Position numbers and translations under genes: made by a program | Shown: positions 38,901 to 43,187 of the stretch, piece by piece | How the letters are laid out: each line of letters opens with the position of its first letter | How positions within the stretch are numbered: the first letter of the stretch is position 1 | The notes under the pieces: model-generated | Databases searched by the model: none | Seen by the model: the letters and a program-made list of their open reading frames with translations, nothing else | Told to the model about the DNA's origin: nothing | Source of the DNA: a bacterium | GTDB lineage: Bacteria; Patescibacteriota; Patescibacteriia; UBA1558; S5-K13 | Assembly (NCBI GenBank): GCA_029555085.1 | Contig: JAKPTO010000043.1 | Location: 1-43,187, forward strand | Reading direction: 5' to 3' | DNA: 43,187 nt

Positions 38901-41900
38901 GGACACACATCTTGCTCTGAAATAACAGCGCTAATAGATGGATCGCGGTTAACTGGATTATACGATTCACAACCAGCATCCTCTTTTGAACAATATTTTG
39001 AATAATTCACACACTCACTAGCAGGATTATTGCTTTTACAATTATAGTAATCGGGAGCTTTCTTAAAGAAAACATTTGAAGTATTTCCATATTCGCTATA
39101 TTGACTTGGTGTTTTTTGTTGTTCTGCTATTGGATTTTTTATTATTGATGTCAAAGGTCCAGGAACAAATGAACTTATATATTCAAACTGAACATTATCT
39201 AAATAAATTTCTCCTACCCCTCGGAGAGCGATAACAACATTTGATTTTGAATTATTATCCACGGAATAATAAAAATGTTTTCTGGTCCAATCTCCAATAA
39301 CAGTGTTTGGATTATCTATAATACCACCATCACCATCAATAAAATCATCGTCTTTTATTATCTTGTCGCCTATTGAATCACCCACAACACTACTACCAAA
39401 AGAAGTGCCCTCGTTAATCGTTCTATTACCTATATTACGTGAACCATCCACAGCACTATTACCAAAAGAAGTCCCTTCATTGGTTGTTTGATGGATTATA
39501 TTATGTGAATCATCTATAATACTACCACTATGTGAACTATCCTCTACACCACCACCAATAGAACCATCCTCATTTAATACTCTATTATCTATAGATGGAA
39601 CAACCTTTGCATTATTCGCGCCACGAACATAATAGCTAAGAATATAACTACCCTTTCCAGGAATTTTTACATTTATAGATGCTGTTTGGCCTGTTACTTT
39701 TAACGAATATCTTCCGGAAACAGAATAATTTGTTGACAATTCAGATCCGCCAACATTCCAACCGTCTGGCTTGCCATCTTCTCTTCCTTCATCTATTTCA
39801 AAACTTCCATTTGGAATTAAATTAACTCCTCTTTTTATATCTATAAAATTAGTACATCCTTCGTTTGATTTCTCGCATGATTTCACATAGCTATTTAAAT
39901 AAATATAATCGCCATCAATATTCCACTGATAAGATTCATCAAACTGTTTTTCTGTTAAATATTTTCTACAGCCAACTTGTTCTTGAGGGCAATCTCTTAA
40001 TGTATCTACTAAATATGATTGTTCCTTTTTTTCATCATCCATTACCAATGTACATCCACTATAATTTTTATCACAAGCATCTCCTTTAAATCTCCAAATA
40101 TTTTTTTCTCTTAAACAATATCCATAACCACCTATACATTTTCCATTTTCATCTTCTTTTATGCACTGTCTTGGATCAGCGCATTCTTCATATCTATTTG
40201 AGCTTTCATTCATTTCAAGCGCTGAATAATAACCCTTTGCATAACACTTCTGTATAGGCACTTTTAATACCCATTCTGGATTTACTAATCCACAAAGTGG
40301 CGCTTCTCCTTTTTCTTTTATTAAACATCCGCCAGGTAGCCACTCATAATATGTTCCTCCATCAATAGGCATATTCAAACATGTGTCCTTATCTATTATA
40401 TTTAATTGTTCTTCTACATTTGATAAAAATCCGTCTTCATCAAATGTATACTTATAACATATTCCTATTTTTTTACCATTACCATCATCATTTCCTACCC
40501 ATTTAACCTCTATATCTTCTAGACCATATTCGCTACTTAAAATATTTGTAGTACAATTCTCTTTTGAAATATTAATAGATGGATAAGATCTCCAGCCACA
40601 AACATTGTCCTTTATTACTTGACCATTGTATTTATATGTACCGTATTGATTGTATTGATTTACTACATCTTTTAAAGTACATCCAGTAGCTGGACAAATT
40701 GGGTTTCCTTCTTGAACAGATTGTACAATTTTAAGCGCAGCCATTTCCCAACCAACCGGAATTACTCTATTCTTTCTTAATTTTTTCATATTATCATAAG
40801 AAATACCCTGATCTAAATCCGGTTGTTGCAATAATTCATTATTAGCTATATTAGTAAATCCAAAAATTTTACCCTCACTTATTAAACCCTCTTTCATCGC
40901 TTGATTAAGCGTCATTGGATTTCCGGTTTGCGCTCGTCTTAAAACTTCTGCAAAATCAGAATCAATAACAGAATCATTTAAATTTCCAGGCATTCCAGAT
41001 TGAGGATTTTTCATTGTCATCTGCATTTCCCCTATAAGATCAATGTCTGATATATTTGTATTAAACGAAATTCTTTTTACTGTAGAATAGAGTTGATCAA
41101 TATAGTCACCAACAGTCGCTGGTTTTTCTCCGGAAATTAATTGCTGTTTTGTTTTCGACCAATCATACCCCTCAATATTAAAGTTCATTAACTTTTTATA
41201 TATGGACTTCATTAATGTACCGAATAATCTATTTGATAATGTATCTATAAAAACACCCAAAGAATCAGCAACGGGATCTTCGGTATATTCCAAAGCCACG
41301 CTTTGTTTGTTTGAAATTTTATCTTGTTGGGCTTTTGTTTCTGCTGGTGGCCCTTCGGGCCCTTCAGTTATCGAATCTTCTGGTGTTTTATTTCCCCCGG
41401 CAGCAGCTGCATCTTCTTGTCTCTTTTTTTCAGCTAATTCTTTTTGCTCCTGTACTTTTTTTTCAAGAGTTTCGCTTATAGATATCTGTTTTTTTACATC
41501 ACTTTCTTGAGGATTTAAAATACTTCTTAAAACTCTTGACTTTGCTTCTTGAGCCAAGTAACTAGAATCAGCCCCAAACCCCAACTGAGAAAGGGATTTG
41601 TTATTTAAAGAAAATAAAAGCATAGGATCTTCTGCATACTTCTTACCAACCTCACCCCACTTATCAGCCATATCGCTAAGCGTACATTTTACTTGTTTTT
41701 TTTCTCCTGATTTTATAGCAAACATATTCATTTGTATATCTGTGATATCATCAAGCCATATTGGGGATGGATTTTTTGGCGCACAAATATCAAGTCCCGG
41801 TATAGCCCCAGTGCTTGATACCATATTGCCAAGATCTACTAAAAACTCTCCAGCGGCAGCATCTCCTGCATTTTTTAAATAACTTTCCCATCCACTAGTG

Positions 41901-42199
41901 TAAAACTTTGACTTTCTACCAGCAGCGCCTTCAGCTAAATCAACAGCCGCGTCATAAGCCAAATTATTTAAAAAAGTTCCAAGCGCTTTTTTATATGCTG
42001 TCGCCGTCATTGATTTTTTGATAGAATCGTATATATTTGTTGTTTTTTTCCACACAAACTCAGCGGTAGCTCTTATCCATCCCAATGGATCGTGAAATAT
42101 TCCCTGAGCCCCTACTTTGTTTGGAATCACAAAAGCAATATTAAAAATCAATACTATTGTTAGTAATGACAAAATAATTTTTGATTTTTTGTTTATCAT
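32951..42199 (-). CDS. Giant (~3,080 aa) cysteine-rich exported protein with carbohydrate-binding-module-like domains
   Basis: Uninterrupted 9.2-kb ORF; signal peptide from ATG 42199 (...IPNKVGA|Q); recurring C-x4-GC motifs; NLIPNGSFE...YILSYYV...YLDNVQFE and YVLSFWVK...FIDNITLKE jelly-roll motifs; C-terminal PKVTVTDSWG. Confidence 0.85.
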   Translation of the reverse strand: MINKKSKIILSLLTIVLIFNIAFVIPNKVGAQGIFHDPLGWIRATAEFVWKKTTNIYDSIKKSMTATAYKKALGTFLNNLAYDAAVDLAEGAAGRKSKFYTSGWESYLKNAGDAAAGEFLVDLGNMVSSTGAIPGLDICAPKNPSPIWLDDITDIQMNMFAIKSGEKKQVKCTLSDMADKWGEVGKKYAEDPMLLFSLNNKSLSQLGFGADSSYLAQEAKSRVLRSILNPQESDVKKQISISETLEKKVQEQKELAEKKRQEDAAAAGGNKTPEDSITEGPEGPPAETKAQQDKISNKQSVALEYTEDPVADSLGVFIDTLSNRLFGTLMKSIYKKLMNFNIEGYDWSKTKQQLISGEKPATVGDYIDQLYSTVKRISFNTNISDIDLIGEMQMTMKNPQSGMPGNLNDSVIDSDFAEVLRRAQTGNPMTLNQAMKEGLISEGKIFGFTNIANNELLQQPDLDQGISYDNMKKLRKNRVIPVGWEMAALKIVQSVQEGNPICPATGCTLKDVVNQYNQYGTYKYNGQVIKDNVCGWRSYPSINISKENCTTNILSSEYGLEDIEVKWVGNDDGNGKKIGICYKYTFDEDGFLSNVEEQLNIIDKDTCLNMPIDGGTYYEWLPGGCLIKEKGEAPLCGLVNPEWVLKVPIQKCYAKGYYSALEMNESSNRYEECADPRQCIKEDENGKCIGGYGYCLREKNIWRFKGDACDKNYSGCTLVMDDEKKEQSYLVDTLRDCPQEQVGCRKYLTEKQFDESYQWNIDGDYIYLNSYVKSCEKSNEGCTNFIDIKRGVNLIPNGSFEIDEGREDGKPDGWNVGGSELSTNYSVSGRYSLKVTGQTASINVKIPGKGSYILSYYVRGANNAKVVPSIDNRVLNEDGSIGGGVEDSSHSGSIIDDSHNIIHQTTNEGTSFGNSAVDGSRNIGNRTINEGTSFGSSVVGDSIGDKIIKDDDFIDGDGGIIDNPNTVIGDWTRKHFYYSVDNNSKSNVVIALRGVGEIYLDNVQFEYISSFVPGPLTSIIKNPIAEQQKTPSQYSEYGNTSNVFFKKAPDYYNCKSNNPASECVNYSKYCSKEDAGCESYNPVNRDPSISAVISEQDVCPRECNNFQTYSQLPNYFDKLENPSATNIDRNFITSAAKDCSEPSCEEFTNIAELEKGGEGKEYYKSLRQCVRPDEVDNITVYYTWEGSDTFGFQLKTWKLLKTESSSTNAPCTKIGIGESVCSDGGGSECSAENLDCREYYDMNANLYKRLSSKTIPISDECINLRRTNSNVIYKAIPSMSQTCSKSNVGCLEYKGNNGNNVKNILQAKFDAGTINPWTYSTNVASAYPSTESLQYGGMSMALYTTDSSSNSISIFYDLSKDGEMVKAGKEYVLSFWVKKLEGDLNDGAGIEIGDGETEHETLNSNKFINKARAAERGIQPIATDGTIEDSITSRDLIRDEASRDSLTFTTPVINNKEWEFKQLSIVTASHDANKLIINIRFTNSNHAKDGIFIDNITLKEFSNNFYKIKDSWNTPRICVDSDNNGLIDNKYLGCKEYKKRDNSSVYLYQFNQVCNPENIGCRAVIDTKNSSMPFKQTFNAYCNNTNDGECAQNKHYYLNDKDPITSNVTDDTTTVPEDTIEYIIVDNKFKCSNDQKGCQNLATLDNNGNPSDVFRINNPDNYTSDDFFGGQNQILCLSKYQNCVAFKKSDGGYLFKIHPREKVCEYKEAELASNLPAGYYKVGTSEPCDGLLYNKNYDNFVSNIESNLGSSLFLDFNNSYSATCPKNQNSCTAFIDPEDNLDQELEMPLSLNNAAQWKLFNWNLMNGTVSYSSDGSFNALKSSDVIEFNSSPGGLAVFTGGKNTPHNFFVEQNQVYKLNAFVRFDPSDSESTENQNRFISTFLICKKEKADNSSYYYTIGADKIPYAMPNLNSNYFVKENNGDSGNWKHIYGLYTMEPDTNFCNVAFYFGGGGGEISMTGVKFQKVQGYYTYLDNNNIDRTSCNEPSKEKGCILFHQLTDSTLRWNANKSYARFNLSVGDSSSANDSNIMLRVVRDRTCGEWATCASSIKTVDEKTGQDKNSCISLVACNSLSSDNSKCDNYLLRSPDIKPLTLDSYQKELGTRLSWSNMEYSGYSIPGLFPIDALSAVKTETETYELGKTVAKRNASGQSMIYKFGLGMNPLASHYGDKSNDKIREDYLSSQHKSCRLYPEKDSPFVWTPAIISKENVKVTSTGNYYYANMDSSKNQNFQNANICQPKFEEGQVSSALNHECDCSYTKVNYGSSKSLYFPLSYGSIPESIQDEYSGEGTTIKKKSQTDFIGWRGFCLEKDNSFLATPLYRDGDNRYTTRCLSWYPVDVISGEMDLYSVSLDAKVPIPTDSKVCLVADDYVTEEDRLYCAYWSSNHNESSAGLYGTVDPGNGAGANTDINDGFARCNVLAYVPAGTKLPQNRTSDFYDYFTNPDYYWPWSGSSDKFQKKTIRPEPIKEYEIIYGSDWPEWYEQNVYYDGFDCNVYAPQGNNTQWREKERKFTTHEFGDYELTGLSDKSFLEDFKSLLPKHIINQPIRFYYYDEGVMPNGSTYVGDGANLGVYEWDDTDATGYRANVPFWKKKNQYFIPLSQIARGYNSNSGNCGSHHTVGLAYQGGCLWAGRTFGFGEDLRDKYDQDSPIEYDGSVPPNGHEVFTDCNDSGFSSESIWNPLRYNYYVHYDWSFDNVYPECEHCPDLYRLGMTSVTPDNFEGIKACRVIGVIDGEGDSDAVFHSDNYYINTLPTTDVKNVNPWNSSICSIQGNNTCSSIIVGTTNYDYDEFVLRVSDIAQDNPAFNGTISKFGFSSGDNLREPIMHSSTNFQSFYFPYSIHGFDNPIRHSLQQASNNLRNAIVKIPEIQYYEYGEQAWIQGQWKPYNYNWDFTGNIHSNGPIIKQVTQQGEGETGITINNSNSNIYAVKNLTADISFYAYAQWGRSPIKEVRLDWYGDGSDILLFPGPFKNKKAKCIRKCANTYSEANWSDGDDCKSDSDCTDGKKCFSYGWGNDPKSCSEDKFNYSFIYVCTPDSNSWFSSCEEVDGGPCCKFSPKVTVTDSWGGESTVDMGQNKYIIIKPN
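39376..39526 (-). repeat. 66-bp (22-aa) degenerate tandem repeat inside the first CBM-like domain
   Basis: ACCAAAAGAAGT at 39395 and 39461; protein SIIDDSHNIIHQTTNEGTSFGN / SAVDGSRNIGNRTINEGTSFGS / SVVGDS. Confidence 0.85.
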
Positions 42200-42206
42200 T
42201 TTATTA

Positions 42207-42989
42207 TTATTGTGAACTTGACATTTCATCAAGTGTTTGTAAATAAAGTTGCTTTAACTCATCATCTGAAAACTGACTAAGCTGTTCATTGGTAGCTCCA
42301 CCCTGTATCATAAGATCTTTTATTTCTTGTATTGACAAATTTTTGAGATTCTCAATCTGTTTTAATTCACCATCTGTTAATTTCTGTTCTTGTGATGACT
42401 CTGAATTTAAAGATGATGCTGGCGCTAACATTTGTTTCATTTGGTTAAATTCCTGCTCTGTTAATAAATCAACTGATTCTTTTTCATATCCAGTAGCGAG
42501 TAATATATTTTTAAATTCATTAAAATCTAAATTTTCAAAATCCAAACCTTTTAAAAAAGCCATGAATTCTGATTCGCTTTTTGGTATTTCAACTGTCATT
42601 TCACAATTTGCGCCTATACATTTTCCATCCAAACCTAGGATAACCTCATCATAATCAGAAACACCATCTAAATCAGTATCCTCTAGGTATGGACTAGTAT
42701 TATATAAATTTAACTCGTCATAATCTGGGAGTCCGTCTCCATCCGTATCTTTAATTCTATTTAAACCCTCTATCACGCTCGCCTTATCTTCTATTTCTAC
42801 TTCGGGTGTTATAAGAGAATTTTTAATATTTATATACATACCCAAAATTCCGAATACAATAGAAAAAACCCCAACTATAAACAGGGCTCTTATTATTATT
42901 TCTTGCCTAGAAAAATAATTTAAAAGCTTATTAAAAAACTTTTGAATTTTTGAATTATTGAAAGAATTCCTTGCTTGTTTTGAAGGCAT
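42207..42989 (-). CDS. Membrane-anchored protein with TSP3-like Ca-binding repeats
   Basis: Single TM; DTDGDGLPDYDE and DTDLDGVSDYDE; duplicated helical C-terminal unit (LLATGYEKESVDLLTEQEF / MIQGGATNEQLSQFSDDEL). Confidence 0.78.
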   Translation of the reverse strand: MPSKQARNSFNNSKIQKFFNKLLNYFSRQEIIIRALFIVGVFSIVFGILGMYINIKNSLITPEVEIEDKASVIEGLNRIKDTDGDGLPDYDELNLYNTSPYLEDTDLDGVSDYDEVILGLDGKCIGANCEMTVEIPKSESEFMAFLKGLDFENLDFNEFKNILLATGYEKESVDLLTEQEFNQMKQMLAPASSLNSESSQEQKLTDGELKQIENLKNLSIQEIKDLMIQGGATNEQLSQFSDDELKQLYLQTLDEMSSSQ

Positions 42990-43012
42990 AATAAAAATTT
43001 ATTTACATTAAT

Positions 43013-43041
43013 ATTATACTAATTTTTTAAATTAAAGTAAA
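43013..43041 (-). promoter_or_regulatory. Sigma70 promoter heading the giant-protein cluster
   Basis: Minus strand TTTACT-N17-TATAAT, 23 nt before ATG 42989. Confidence 0.55.
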
Positions 43042-43047
43042 CAAATA

Positions 43048-43187
43048 CGTAATAGCCCAATAGCTTGGCAACGCTTTAAGTGTAATAATTAAATATATAT
43101 ACAATATAATAATTATTAATCTTTAAAGTGTATGGCATATACTATTAATCCTAATTTACCAAGATTAAGAGCTAAAGCAGTTAATAT
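43048..43187 (+). mobile_element. Left end of a probable IS481-family element (truncated by window end)
   Basis: GC-richer IR-like sequence CGTAATAGCCCAATAGCTTGGCAAC followed by an ORF start resembling, from memory, CPR IS481-type transposase N-termini. Confidence 0.55.
43132..43187 (+). CDS. Probable transposase N-terminal fragment
   Basis: MAYTINPNLPRLRAKAVN..., open to the window end; only 18 codons are visible. Confidence 0.5.
   Translation, partial: MAYTINPNLPRLRAKAVN

Noticed and set aside
736-42654. Numerous 60-130-aa antisense or alternate-frame ORFs in the track (e.g. 2881-3141, 4564-5223, 30777-31070, 36178-36567, 42289-42654)
   Set aside because: They overlap well-supported genes, lack motifs and look like shadow ORFs.
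1-43187. Composite transposon spanning the whole window
   Set aside because: The two IS ends do not match each other and the interval contains core genes; assembly breaks at repeats are the simpler explanation.
1-43187. Alternative genetic code 25 (UGA=Gly), suggested by low GC and CPR affinity
   Set aside because: Conserved genes and a 9.2-kb ORF are intact under code 11 with Gly encoded by GGN.
1-43187. CRISPR array, tRNA or rRNA genes
   Set aside because: No regularly spaced repeat-spacer pattern or cloverleaf was seen, and intergenic gaps are short and AT-rich.

Overview
This is a 43.2-kb, very AT-rich bacterial contig read with genetic code 11. Gene content and style point to a Patescibacteria (CPR/Parcubacteria-type) genome: secG is linked to a family-5 substrate-binding protein, rpsF has a long acidic tail, there is a stand-alone DUF2090 aldolase and a giant Cys-rich exported protein, and Shine-Dalgarno motifs are rare. 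Both ends run into probable IS481-family elements. Housekeeping genes include comF, clpC, htpX, trpS, rnj, secG, gpmI, rpsF-ssb-rpsR and efp. Two accessory modules stand out. (1) A 3.4-kb cassette encodes a split dikinase with rifampin-phosphotransferase-like architecture and a histidine phosphatase between its halves. It lies between the intact rnj gene and a mosaic, deleted duplicate of the rnj 3' end, and is followed by a candidate ADP-ribosyltransferase-fold protein. (2) A 15.5-kb probable operon encodes a Ca-binding repeat membrane protein, a ~3,080-aa Cys-rich exported protein with variable-looking loop insertions, a VirB6/TrbL-like membrane protein and a helical repeat protein. All assignments come from reading motifs by eye; no database searches were run.
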